Assembly: GCA_963805975.1 (NCBI GenBank)
Contig: CAWDVR010000002.1
Location: forward strand, 1,182,781-1,246,780
DNA length: 64,000 nt
Source of the DNA: an uncultured Acidobacteriota bacterium
GTDB taxonomy: Bacteria; Acidobacteriota; Thermoanaerobaculia; Multivoradales; SZUA-115
Reading direction: 5' to 3'
A model generated the notes under the pieces. That model did no database searches. It was not told where the DNA came from and saw nothing but the letters and a program-made list of their open reading frames with translations. Positions within the stretch are counted from its first letter, which is position 1; every line of letters starts with the position of its first letter. Positions 23,083-31,998 of this stretch are shown here, piece by piece. The translations under genes were made by a program, and so were the position numbers.

Positions 23083-23607
23083 ATGAGCAACGGATACGAG
23101 GAAGCCAAGGCGCGGCGCAACTGGCTGGAACGGCTGGGGGCCAAGATCCCCGGCTTCGGCGGCTTCAAGGACCGCGAGCTGCGACGCGACGTGGACAAGC
23201 TGCAACGCGAGCACCTGGCGGCTGAGATCGGCAAGAGCAAGGGCCGCCTGCGGGGCAAGGCCCGCGCCTACGCCGACGCCGGCCGGATCGCGGCGCTCCA
23301 GCCCTTCGACCGCCTCGAGCGCCGCCTGGACGGGTTCGAGCAGGCCGTGCGTTTCGCGGACTATGGAGCCACCGGCTTTTTCGACGCGGTCAAGGTCTAC
23401 GAGGAGGAGCTGGACAAGCTCTACCAGTTCGACCTCTCGTTCCTCGACGATCTCGCGCTGCTCGCGGCCGACCTCGAGGCAGTGCCGGCTCCCGGTGCGG
23501 ACGACCCGCTGCCGGCGGTCGAGGCCGCGGCCCAGCGCCTCTCGGCCCTCGAAGAGAGATGGAGCGGCCGCGAGCAGGTGATCGGCGGCGTGGTCCAGAC
23601 CAAATGA
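23083..23607 (+). CDS. Conserved alpha-helical hypothetical protein, first gene of the SPFH operon
   Basis: GGAGGTG RBS; extended -10 TGGTACGAT at 23031; motifs KIPGFGGF and YGATGFFDAVKV. Confidence 0.8.
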   Translation: MSNGYEEAKARRNWLERLGAKIPGFGGFKDRELRRDVDKLQREHLAAEIGKSKGRLRGKARAYADAGRIAALQPFDRLERRLDGFEQAVRFADYGATGFFDAVKVYEEELDKLYQFDLSFLDDLALLAADLEAVPAPGADDPLPAVEAAAQRLSALEERWSGREQVIGGVVQTK

Positions 23608-23635
23608 GCGCTCGGGCCTAAAGGAGATCCCATCG

Positions 23636-24628
23636 ATGCAAGTGCTCCAGTACCAGGACCCCACCGGCCAGACCATGGTGTCGCGCGTGCCCGCCCAGGG
23701 CACCGCGGCCATCCAGCTCGGCAGCCAGTTGATCGTCGAGGAGAGCCAGCAGGCCGTCTTCCTGCGCGACGGCAAGGCCCTCGACACCTTCGGGCCGGGG
23801 CGGCACACCCTCGCCACGCAGAACATCCCTTTCTTGACCGCGCTGCTCTCGTTGCCGTTCGGCGGCACGTCGCCGTTCCAGGCCGCGGTGATCTTCGTCA
23901 ACACCAAGACCTTCCTCGACCTGCGCTGGGGCACCAAGGAGCCGGTGGTGTTTCGCGACCGCGAGCTCGCCATGGTGCGCCTCAGGGCGTTCGGCAAGTT
24001 CGCGGTGCGGGTGAAGAGCGCCCAGACCTTCGTCAACACGGTGGTGGGCTCGATGGGCCTCTACACGACCGACGGCGTCGAGAGCTACTTCAAGGACGTG
24101 ATCGTCGCCCGCTTGAACGACCTCCTGGGTGAGACGCTGCAGTCGATCTTCGATCTGCCCAAGGTCTACGACGAGCTCGCCATGGGCTTGAAGGCGCGGG
24201 TCTCCGACGACTTCTCGAAGTACGGCATCGAGCTCGTCGACCTGATCCTCGGCGCCATCACCCCGCCCGAGGAGGTGCAGAAGGTGATCGACGAGCGCGG
24301 CGGCATGGCCGCGGCCGGCGATCTCAATGCCTACATGAAGTTCAAGATGGCGCAGGCGGTGGGCGACGCCGCCCAGGCCGGCGGCGACGGCGGCACGGTG
24401 GGTGCCGGGCTCGGGGCGGGCATGGGCGCCGGCATCGGCATGATGATGCCGGGCATGATCCGCGACGCGATGGCACCCACGGGCGCGCCGGCGCCGGCCG
24501 CGGCGGCGGCAGCCGCGGCAGCTCCGGTTGCCGAGGCGGGCGGCGGCGCCACGTTCTGCTCGCAGTGCGGCACCAAGCTGCCCGCGGGTGCGAAGTTCTG
24601 CCCCGGCTGTGGGACCAAGGTGGGTTGA
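23636..24628 (+). CDS. SPFH/Band-7 domain protein (YdjI-like) with C-terminal double zinc ribbon
   Basis: GSQLIVEESQQAVFLRDGK, GRHTLATQNIP, WGTKEP; GAGMG repeats; CSQCG...KFCPGCG. Confidence 0.9.
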   Translation: MQVLQYQDPTGQTMVSRVPAQGTAAIQLGSQLIVEESQQAVFLRDGKALDTFGPGRHTLATQNIPFLTALLSLPFGGTSPFQAAVIFVNTKTFLDLRWGTKEPVVFRDRELAMVRLRAFGKFAVRVKSAQTFVNTVVGSMGLYTTDGVESYFKDVIVARLNDLLGETLQSIFDLPKVYDELAMGLKARVSDDFSKYGIELVDLILGAITPPEEVQKVIDERGGMAAAGDLNAYMKFKMAQAVGDAAQAGGDGGTVGAGLGAGMGAGIGMMMPGMIRDAMAPTGAPAPAAAAAAAAAPVAEAGGGATFCSQCGTKLPAGAKFCPGCGTKVG

Positions 24629-24677
24629 CGAGGACGCCGCACCCGGTCCAGCGCGGCGGTCCGGCGCGAGCGAAGCG

Positions 24678-25478
24678 ATGACCACCCCTGGCCAGCCCGA
24701 TCAGGGCACTTCCCTCTCCTGCCCGCAGTGCGGGGGCGAGAACGCCCTGCCCTCGGGCGTCCGCGTCCTCACCTGCGCTTTCTGCTCGGCCACTCTCTTC
24801 GTCGATCGTTCCGGCCTCGTCAGCCACTACCGGCTGCCGCGGCGGGTCGACCGCGAGCACGCGCTCGAGGCTCTGCGCCGCTGGATGAACGGCAACGAGA
24901 CGGTCAAGGATCTCGACCGCAAGAGCGAGATCGTGGGCGTCGAGGCGATCTCGTTCCCCATGTGGCTGTTCCGCAGCCAGCTCCCCGGCACCGGAGGAGG
25001 GGGCGCGGGCGAAGAGGTCCGGGTCGAGCCGGCGGCGGCGACGCCCATCGCCGAGCTCGCCGACCTCAACATCCCGGCCGGCCAGCTCGAGCCGTTTCGC
25101 TCCGAGGCCGGCGGTGCCGGGCAGGAGGCGACGGTGACGGCGGTGAGCGTGCCGCTCGAGACCGCGCGCGGCTGGCTGGGCGAGGCCGCCGGACGCCTCA
25201 CCGAGACCGCGCTCGTGCAAGTCCCGCTCTGGCACTGCCACTACCGCTACAAGGGTGCCGACTACGGCGCCTACGTCGAAGGCTCGACCGGCGCCGTGGT
25301 GGCGAGCGTGTTCCCGGCCAAGGCCGAGAGCCCCTACTACGCCACCGCCGCGCTGGGGCTCGGACTGTTCCTGGTCGAGGGCCTGGTGGTGAGCGACCTC
25401 TTCCTGAAGCTCGTGGTCTACGCGGTGACCGCGGTGCCGCTGGCGCTCCTCGCCTTCTGGGTGACGCGCAAGGTATGA
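24678..25478 (+). CDS. Zinc-ribbon membrane protein
   Basis: CPQCGG...CAFCS at the N-terminus; VPLWHCHYRY; two C-terminal TMs. Confidence 0.82.
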   Translation: MTTPGQPDQGTSLSCPQCGGENALPSGVRVLTCAFCSATLFVDRSGLVSHYRLPRRVDREHALEALRRWMNGNETVKDLDRKSEIVGVEAISFPMWLFRSQLPGTGGGGAGEEVRVEPAAATPIAELADLNIPAGQLEPFRSEAGGAGQEATVTAVSVPLETARGWLGEAAGRLTETALVQVPLWHCHYRYKGADYGAYVEGSTGAVVASVFPAKAESPYYATAALGLGLFLVEGLVVSDLFLKLVVYAVTAVPLALLAFWVTRKV

Positions 25479-26575
25479 GCCCCGAGGCCCCTCTTCCGCC
25501 CGCCGTTCCCGCCGCTCCGGGCCCCGCGGCCGCCGGCGGCAAGCCGGCGAAGGTCGTGGGGCTCTCCTGCCCGCGTTGCGCCGGATCCCTGGCGGTAGAG
25601 ACCGGCCTGCGCACCCTCACCTGCCCGTACTGCGGCACTCCCCTCCTCGCCGTGGGCGAGGTGGGCATCCGCCGTTTCGCCGTCCTGCCCGAGGTGACGG
25701 CCGAAAACGCGGCCGAGGCCGTGCGCGGCTGGTGGGCCCGCGGGTTCCGCAAGCACCCGGGCCTGAAGCGCGAGGCGAAGACCGCCGAGAGCTTCCTCTG
25801 CTTCATCCCCTTCTTCCGCGCCCAGGCCCACGCCGTGGGCTACGCCTTCGGGGTCGAAGAGCGCCGGCGCACCGTGGGCTCGGGCAAGAACCGGCGCACC
25901 GAGACCTACGAGGTGGACGTCGAGAAGCGGGTCGAGAAGAGCTGCGAGAAGACCTTCGCCGCCGTCAACGTGGCCGAGCTCGGCATCCGCAAGATCGACC
26001 TCAAGGGCGACGCCCTGGTGCCCTTCGATGGCGGCAAGCTCGAACGCCTGGCCATGGTCTTTCCGCCCACCACCTCGGAGACCGAGGCGCGGGCGGTGGC
26101 ACGCGCCGAGTTCGAGGCAGAGGCCGACCCCGCGCGCGCGCTCAAGCGCACCCACTTTCGTTACGTCGCGCTCCTGGGCGAGCGCTACACCGTCGTCTAC
26201 TACCCCCTCTGGGTGGTGCGCTACCGCTTCCGCGAGCGCTCGTACCAGGCGGTGATCGACGCCGAGGACGGCCAGCTCGCCTACGGCAAGGCGCCCGGCA
26301 ACGACCTCTTCCGCGCCCTGGTGCTGGTGGGCTGCCAGGCGCTCTCCTGCCTGATCGGCACCACCGCCCTGCAGTGGGCACCGCGCAGCGACGACAGCGC
26401 CGAGCTGGTGATCGGCGCCGGGATCGCCGCCGCCGGCATCCTCTACTGGGGCTGGCGCCAGTTCCGCTACGGCGGCGTGGTGGAGGAAGGCACCAGCCAC
26501 GAAGCGGCGACGATCGGCTCTTCCATGGACGCGATCTCCAAGCGATTCAAGGGCCGCTTCGGGGTGAAGGGATGA
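25475..26575 (+). CDS. Zinc-ribbon membrane protein (YdjG-like paralog)
   Basis: CPRCAG...CPYCG; YYPLWVVRYRFRERSYQAVIDAEDG; two TMs; ATGA overlap. Confidence 0.82.
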   Translation: MSPEAPLPPAVPAAPGPAAAGGKPAKVVGLSCPRCAGSLAVETGLRTLTCPYCGTPLLAVGEVGIRRFAVLPEVTAENAAEAVRGWWARGFRKHPGLKREAKTAESFLCFIPFFRAQAHAVGYAFGVEERRRTVGSGKNRRTETYEVDVEKRVEKSCEKTFAAVNVAELGIRKIDLKGDALVPFDGGKLERLAMVFPPTTSETEARAVARAEFEAEADPARALKRTHFRYVALLGERYTVVYYPLWVVRYRFRERSYQAVIDAEDGQLAYGKAPGNDLFRALVLVGCQALSCLIGTTALQWAPRSDDSAELVIGAGIAAAGILYWGWRQFRYGGVVEEGTSHEAATIGSSMDAISKRFKGRFGVKG

Positions 26576-27235
26576 GCTTCCGCCTGCAAGTGCTGGCCTG
26601 CCCGCAGTGCGGCTGCGCCGCTCGCCGCCGAGGGTGAGGACGTCGTCTACTACTGCACGGCCTGCGCCTCGGGGTTCCGGCTCCCGACCGAGGCCGAAGA
26701 GGCTCCGGCGAGCGGAGGTGTCGAGACCACCGCTGCCGGCCGCGGGTTGGCGCGCGTCGAGGTCTCCTTCGTGACCGCGCCCGGGGCCGTGATCGCCCGC
26801 CACCTGCCCTTCTGGCTGCTCCCGGCGAAGGTCGCCATCACGCGCCGGGACGCGGCCGGCGGCTCCGCCGCGGGCCTCCTGGGGTTCTTTTTCGGTGGCG
26901 AGGAGGCGGGCGCTGCCGGCGGCTCGACCGGCGCCTTCGCCATCCCGGCCTTCGAGGCACCGCTCCCCACCCTGACCGAGCTCGCGCTGCGCTACACCCA
27001 GGCCCTGCCAAGGCTGGGCGAGCGGCTGGGCGAGAAGCTGACCGGCGGGCGGCTCTCCCCGGCCGACGCCGAGAAGCTCGCCCATTTCACCCTCATCGCC
27101 GCCGAGGCCGGCAAGCCGGACATGCTGCGCAACCTCGTCTACACCATCGATTTCGGGTCACCGAGCCTCCTCGGCGTGCCCTTCGTCAGCCGCGGGGATC
27201 GGCTGGCGGATGCGGTGTTCGGTATCGTGGTGTGA
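26572..27235 (+). CDS. Zinc-ribbon protein; apparent frameshift near 26613
   Basis: MSFRLQVLACPQCG continues in another frame as APLAAEGEDVVYYCTAC...HLPFW. Confidence 0.72.
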
Positions 27236-27246
27236 TCTTCCTACTA

Positions 27247-27624
27247 CTACCGAGGATCGTGCCAGATCAGCGTCGCGTCCGAGCTCGCCTCGCGGAAGTC
27301 CGGGCAACGGCCGTCACCCCGGCCCGTGAAACCACCGTCCGGGTGGCAGAGCAGCGCGCCGTTGCGGTCGTAGAGCTCGCTCCACACGTCACAGCATCGG
27401 CCGCTGCGGTAGTACACCGTCTCGCCGCGGTAGCGGTAGCTCCGGATCTCCGTAGGCGGGTTGGTCACAGGCTGGCTCTGGATCTGCCCGATCAGGCTGG
27501 TGAGCCACTGAGGGTTCGCGCCGTTGTCTCCGTTGTCCGGTTCGGAGGGCGAGGAGTCACCGCTACAGGCCGCCAAGGCCATCACCGCGCAAAGCGTCCA
27601 AGGCAGGAAGGCTCGGGCTTTCAT
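27247..27624 (-). CDS. Small Cys-containing lipoprotein (DUF6970-like)
   Basis: AGGAGG RBS; lipobox LAAC; YRYRGETVYY..CCD..LYD..LCHPDGGFTGRGDGRCPDF. Confidence 0.8.
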   Translation of the reverse strand: MKARAFLPWTLCAVMALAACSGDSSPSEPDNGDNGANPQWLTSLIGQIQSQPVTNPPTEIRSYRYRGETVYYRSGRCCDVWSELYDRNGALLCHPDGGFTGRGDGRCPDFREASSDATLIWHDPR

Positions 27625-27699
27625 CTTCGACCTCCTGGGCCGGGTTCGTCTGGCGGCGACCAATTTCACGAATTGTGCCAAAGATAGAATCTCGCAACT

Positions 27700-28077
27700 T
27701 CACCACACCGTGCGCTCGTAGTGCTCCTGGATCCTGCGATCACGGCTGATGAAGGGAGCCTGGTGGAGAGCCGCCGTGGCGACCAGCAGCCGGTCGAAGG
27801 GATCGCGGGTCCAGCTCAGACGGACGGCGTGCTCGAGGATCGCTGGTAGAGGGTCGTCCGAGAGAGCCACGCCGCAGTCCGCCACCAGGCCGCCCAGGAT
27901 CTCGTCCGGCGGCACGACCAGCCGCCCCACCTCCCGCAGAAAGGCGAGCTCCAGCCGCACGAAGGGCGAGACCAGCAGGACGGAATTCTCGAGCAGCTCG
28001 CGGGATGCCTTGCCGAACGCCTGAGCCTCGCCGCTCCACAGGAAGACGGCTGCATGGGTATCCAGAAACGCCCTCAC
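27700..28077 (-). CDS. vapC: PIN-domain toxin (VapC family)
   Basis: FLDTHAAVFL...TRDPFDRLLVATA...ISRD; GTGA overlap with antitoxin. Confidence 0.9.
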   Translation of the reverse strand: MRAFLDTHAAVFLWSGEAQAFGKASRELLENSVLLVSPFVRLELAFLREVGRLVVPPDEILGGLVADCGVALSDDPLPAILEHAVRLSWTRDPFDRLLVATAALHQAPFISRDRRIQEHYERTVW

Positions 28078-28319
28078 GGCTCCGGCTTCCACTCACCTTC
28101 CCAGGACACGGATACGAGATCATCTGCAGAGCCTATGTAGCCCTTGCGCCGCGGCAGGTCCTCGAGGCGACGGCGCTTCTGCCCGGCCGGGACGATCAGC
28201 AGCGTGCGCTGGCCGCGGACCACTTCCTGGGGCCGGCCCGTCTCCAGCACCTCGTCCAGGACCCGGTAAAGATTGGCGCGCAGGTCAGTGGCGTTTAGAG
28301 GCTTCGGCATGTGGGTCAT
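28074..28319 (-). CDS. Phd/YefM-family antitoxin
   Basis: NATDLRANLYRVLDEVLETGRPQEVVRG. Confidence 0.88.
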   Translation of the reverse strand: MTHMPKPLNATDLRANLYRVLDEVLETGRPQEVVRGQRTLLIVPAGQKRRRLEDLPRRKGYIGSADDLVSVSWEGEWKPEP

Positions 28320-28323
28320 CCTT

Positions 28324-28354
28324 GACGTACGGGCTCCATGGTAGCACGTACGTG
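28324..28354 (-). promoter_or_regulatory. TA promoter: extended -10 with palindromic operator
   Basis: Minus-strand TGCTACCAT; perfect palindrome CACGTACGTG (28345-28354) and partial copy GACGTACG. Confidence 0.55.
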
Positions 28355-28381
28355 TTACGGGGGCCGCCGAGCGCGGGACCG

Positions 28382-28534
28382 CTACAGCTCGTAGACCGGG
28401 ATCGCCAGCCTTCGCGCCGCCTCGATCATGCGGAGGTCGTAGCTCGCCATCTTCACGGTCTGCTCGAGGCCGCGGAGGAACCGGGGCGGCACCAGCTCCG
28501 CCACCACGCGGTCGCGATCGGTCACCAGGACGGT
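28382..28534 (-). pseudogene. Collapsed TA relic: Phd antitoxin fragment fused to PIN toxin C-terminus
   Basis: Translates TVLVTDRDRVVAELVPPR / FLRGLEQTVKMASYDLRMIEAARRLAIPVYEL*; no start codon in frame. Confidence 0.65.
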
Positions 28535-28582
28535 CCTTCGCCAATTCGTCAGGTTCTCCGAATCACTGGCACCACGTCGTAC

Positions 28583-28654
28583 CTACGCCCCCTGTTCACC
28601 CACGACATTCGCCGCTTCGAGCGCATCGAGGGCCTCGAGCAGGTCCTGGCCTAG
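28583..28654 (+). pseudogene. PIN toxin C-terminal remnant
   Basis: LRPLFTHDIRRFERIEGLEQVLA*, resembling the LVTxNxRxFxRIxGL end of VapC. Confidence 0.5.
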
Positions 28655-28690
28655 AATCCTTCCGATCTCACCGCTGCCAAGGAGCCCCCA

Positions 28691-29707
28691 ATGCCGAAGG
28701 CTTGCTCGATTGCTTGTGCCTCCCTCGTCCTCGCCCTCCTCACCCTCCCCGCCCTCGCCGCTCCGAAGGCCGGCGAGGCCCTGGGCACGCTGACGATCGG
28801 GGGCAAGACCACCAAGCTCGTCCAGGTGTACGCCGAGAAGCAGACCGACGAGGAGGGGGAGGAGTACCTGGTGCTGCTGCTGGCCGACCGCAAGCTGGAG
28901 CCCGGCGATCGCAGCCCGGCGCGCCTGGCGGAGCTGGCCGCCGCGGGCCAGGTGCAGGGGCTTCGCGTCCTCTGGCGCACCGCCTACGACGACTTGCGCT
29001 GGGTGCCCTACCACCGCGACTTGGCGGAGAACGGCCTGGCGGCCCACGGGATGGGCGTGCTCGACCTGGCAGCCTTCGACGACCGCCGGGTGGAGGGCAA
29101 GGTGAGCTCAAAGATGCTGGGCCAGGACTGGCACTTCAACGTGTCGTTCAAGGCCGATGTCGTGGCCGGGGGGAAGGTCGAGGTCGAGCGCCTCGCCGAG
29201 GCCGAGGAGAGCCCTGCCGCGGACGTCGACGTGGCGGCCGCGGGGCAGGCGGAGGCCGACCCCGTGCTCCTGAAGCGCAAGCTGGGCAGGCTGGGCTACG
29301 AGTGGAAGCCCGAGTCCTTCGCCCATGCCGTGAAGGACGCGGACGTCGAGGCGGTGGAGCTGTTCCTGACCGGCGGCATGTCCCCCGACACCGAGGACAG
29401 CGGGGGCCTCGCGGTCCTCATGTACGCCTCGATGTACTGCGGCAACGACCCGCTGGAGCAGCGCGAGGAGGTCGCCCTGGCACTGATCGCCGCCAAGGCC
29501 AACGTCAACGTGAAGGACCAGAACGACTCGACCCCCCTGATCTGGGCCGCCCAGTCGTGCAGCCCGCGGCTGATCGAGGCGCTGATCAAGGCCGGGGCCA
29601 ACGTCAACGCCCGCGCCAAGGGCAGCGCCACGCCGTTGATGATGGCGCAGGCGATGAGCCGCACCGAGGTCGTCAACCTGCTCAAGAAGGCCGGCGCCAA
29701 GCCGTAG
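28691..29707 (+). CDS. Secreted ankyrin-repeat protein
   Basis: AAGGAG RBS; signal peptide; ANVNVKDQNDSTPLIWAA and AGANVNARAKGSATPLMMA repeats. Confidence 0.88.
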   Translation: MPKACSIACASLVLALLTLPALAAPKAGEALGTLTIGGKTTKLVQVYAEKQTDEEGEEYLVLLLADRKLEPGDRSPARLAELAAAGQVQGLRVLWRTAYDDLRWVPYHRDLAENGLAAHGMGVLDLAAFDDRRVEGKVSSKMLGQDWHFNVSFKADVVAGGKVEVERLAEAEESPAADVDVAAAGQAEADPVLLKRKLGRLGYEWKPESFAHAVKDADVEAVELFLTGGMSPDTEDSGGLAVLMYASMYCGNDPLEQREEVALALIAAKANVNVKDQNDSTPLIWAAQSCSPRLIEALIKAGANVNARAKGSATPLMMAQAMSRTEVVNLLKKAGAKP

Positions 29708-29830
29708 GCCGGGAAGGCTCGCACTCCAACCCTCGGGATCGCGAGCGTGCCGGGATGAGGGCTGCCTCCTGTAACGGAAGCGCCTCCCCGGCGCCCATTG
29801 CGGTCTAGAATGATCCTCGACCGTGCCACA

Positions 29831-31894
29831 GTGGAAATCCCAATCCCGGCCGTGAGCATCCGCGAGACCGGAGCCGTCCTCGACGGCAAGTACGAGATTC
29901 TGCGCCGCTTGACCGGCGGTGGCATGAGCGAGGTCTACCTCGTCCGCCACCTGCACCTGGACGAGCGGCGGGTGATCAAGGTGCTGCGTCCGGAGGACGC
30001 CGCCGACTCCTCCGCCCAGGCCCGGTTCCTGCGGGCGGCGCGCACGGCGGCGCAGATCAAGCACAGGAACGTCGCCATCCTCTACGACTATTCGAGCCTG
30101 CCGGACGGCAGCTTCTACATGGTGTGGGAGTACATCGACGGCGAGGACGTGGGCCGCTGGATCGAGAAGCACGGCCCCTTCCCGCTGGACGTCGCCGTCG
30201 ACCTCGGGGTGCAGGCGCTGCGCGGCCTCGGGGCGATCCACTCGCACGGCGTCATCCACCGCGACATCAGCCCGGACAACCTGATGCTCTCGCAGGAGGT
30301 CAACGGCCGGGTCACCCTGAAGATCATCGACCTCGGCCTGGCCAAGAACCTCTCGCCGCAGAAGCCCGACCTCGAGGTCACCCAGGTCGGCATGTTCATG
30401 GGCAAGCTTCGCTACTGCTCGCCGGAGCAGGCCGGCATGATCGAGGGTGCGGTGCTCGATCACCGGAGCGACCTCTACTCCTTCGCCGCGTGCTTCTACG
30501 AGATGCTCTGCGGCAAGGCCCCGTTCGACTCCGAGACCTCGCACGGCTTCGTCTTCAAGCGCCTGACCGAGGACCCGCTGCCGCTCGCCGGCCGGGTGCC
30601 GGGGGTCCAGATCCCGGCCGAGCTCGACGAGATCGTGCGGAAGGGCCTCGAGCGCGACCGCGACCGCCGCTTCCCCACTGCACTGCGTTTCATCGAAAGC
30701 CTGGAGAGGGTGCAGCGCAAGAACGAGCGGTTCTCGACGCAGCAGATCCCGGCCACCGATCCCCCGGCCCTGCCGGCCCGGCCCGCGAGCGGGGACCGCG
30801 AGCCGTCGCGGCCGCAGTCGGCGCGTACCTCGAGCCAGCTCTCGCGGCAGGAGCGCGACGATCTCCTGGCGCAGATCAACCAGGCCTCCGAGCGCGTCTC
30901 GAGGACCCGCGGCATCCTGCAGGAGGCCGAGGAGGGGCTGAGCGCGGGCGATCTCGACCGGGCGCGCCGCCTGCTGGCCGAGGTCGAGGCGATCGACCCC
31001 AAGGCCAAGGGGCTCGAAGAGCTCAAGAACCGGTTGCGGGAGATGGCCGCGGCCCCGCCGCCCGACGAGCGGGCGCTCGAGACCGAGACCATGCTCGTCT
31101 CGTATCTCGAGCACCACCAGGTGCCTCTCGCGCGCCTGGCCCTCGAAAGCCTCCTCGAGCTCGCGCCACGGCATTCCCGCCGGGCCGAGTACGAGCAGCG
31201 CCTGGCGGACCTCTCGGCGGTGGCCGATCAGGAGCAGCGCGCCGACAAGGCGCTGAAGGTCGCCCGCGAGGCGCTCTCCGCCGGGGACTTCGCGGGCGTC
31301 GAACGCAACCTCGCCGCCGCCCGCCGCGGGGCGCGCAACCCCGGTCTCGGCGCCGACCTCGAGGCCGGCCTCGACCGGGCGCGCCAGGAGCAGCGGGAGG
31401 CCGACGCGGTCAGCGACCACAAACGGCGGTTCGAGCAGGCCCTGGCCGCCGGCAAGCTGGGCGAGGCCGAGCGCGAGCTGGCCTCGCTGCGCGCGGCGAG
31501 CCTCCCCAGGCTGACCTTGGACACCTACCGCGGGCAGCTCGAGGAAGCGCGCCGGCTGGCCTCGAAGACCGGCGAGATCCAGGCCTTCGAGGTGAGCTTC
31601 GCCCGCCACGTCGCGGCCGGGGACTGGTTCGCGGCGCGCGAGGTGGCGCTCGAGATGGAGAAGGTTCTCGACACCCACCCGCGGCTCGCCGCCATGTATG
31701 CCGAGGCCGACGCGCTGCGCGTCAGGAACGAGCGCCGGCAGGCGATCGAAGGCGGCGAGCGGCAGGTCGAGGCCTCGATCGCCCAAGGCCAGGCCGACCC
31801 TGCGGCCATGGCGCTCAAGATCCTGCTCAAGATCGACCCCGACCATCCCCGGCGCAAGCAGCTCGAGAAGCGGATCGCCGCGATCCGGGGGTGA
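29831..31894 (+). CDS. Ser/Thr protein kinase with helical/TPR-like C-terminus (start uncertain: 29810, 29831 or 29852)
   Basis: GGGMSEVY, VIKVL, HRDISPDN, DLGLAK, YCSPEQ, SDLYS; no TM; TAGAAT -10 at 29806. Confidence 0.88.
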   Translation: MEIPIPAVSIRETGAVLDGKYEILRRLTGGGMSEVYLVRHLHLDERRVIKVLRPEDAADSSAQARFLRAARTAAQIKHRNVAILYDYSSLPDGSFYMVWEYIDGEDVGRWIEKHGPFPLDVAVDLGVQALRGLGAIHSHGVIHRDISPDNLMLSQEVNGRVTLKIIDLGLAKNLSPQKPDLEVTQVGMFMGKLRYCSPEQAGMIEGAVLDHRSDLYSFAACFYEMLCGKAPFDSETSHGFVFKRLTEDPLPLAGRVPGVQIPAELDEIVRKGLERDRDRRFPTALRFIESLERVQRKNERFSTQQIPATDPPALPARPASGDREPSRPQSARTSSQLSRQERDDLLAQINQASERVSRTRGILQEAEEGLSAGDLDRARRLLAEVEAIDPKAKGLEELKNRLREMAAAPPPDERALETETMLVSYLEHHQVPLARLALESLLELAPRHSRRAEYEQRLADLSAVADQEQRADKALKVAREALSAGDFAGVERNLAAARRGARNPGLGADLEAGLDRARQEQREADAVSDHKRRFEQALAAGKLGEAERELASLRAASLPRLTLDTYRGQLEEARRLASKTGEIQAFEVSFARHVAAGDWFAAREVALEMEKVLDTHPRLAAMYAEADALRVRNERRQAIEGGERQVEASIAQGQADPAAMALKILLKIDPDHPRRKQLEKRIAAIRG

Positions 31895-31998
31895 GGGGCC
31901 CCCAGGCCGCTGTGCTATCTTCGCGCCCGCCCGGAGCCCTCCGGGCGCTCCCGAATCTCTCGAACGTACCGGCTCCGCGAGCCCCGGACCTCTCCGCC

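Noticed and set aside
30124-31998. Apparent 600-aa N-terminal extension of the E1 ORF
   Set aside because: It is an alternative frame over the kinase gene; E1 similarity starts near 31999 and an extended -10 (TGCTATCTT) lies at about 31913.
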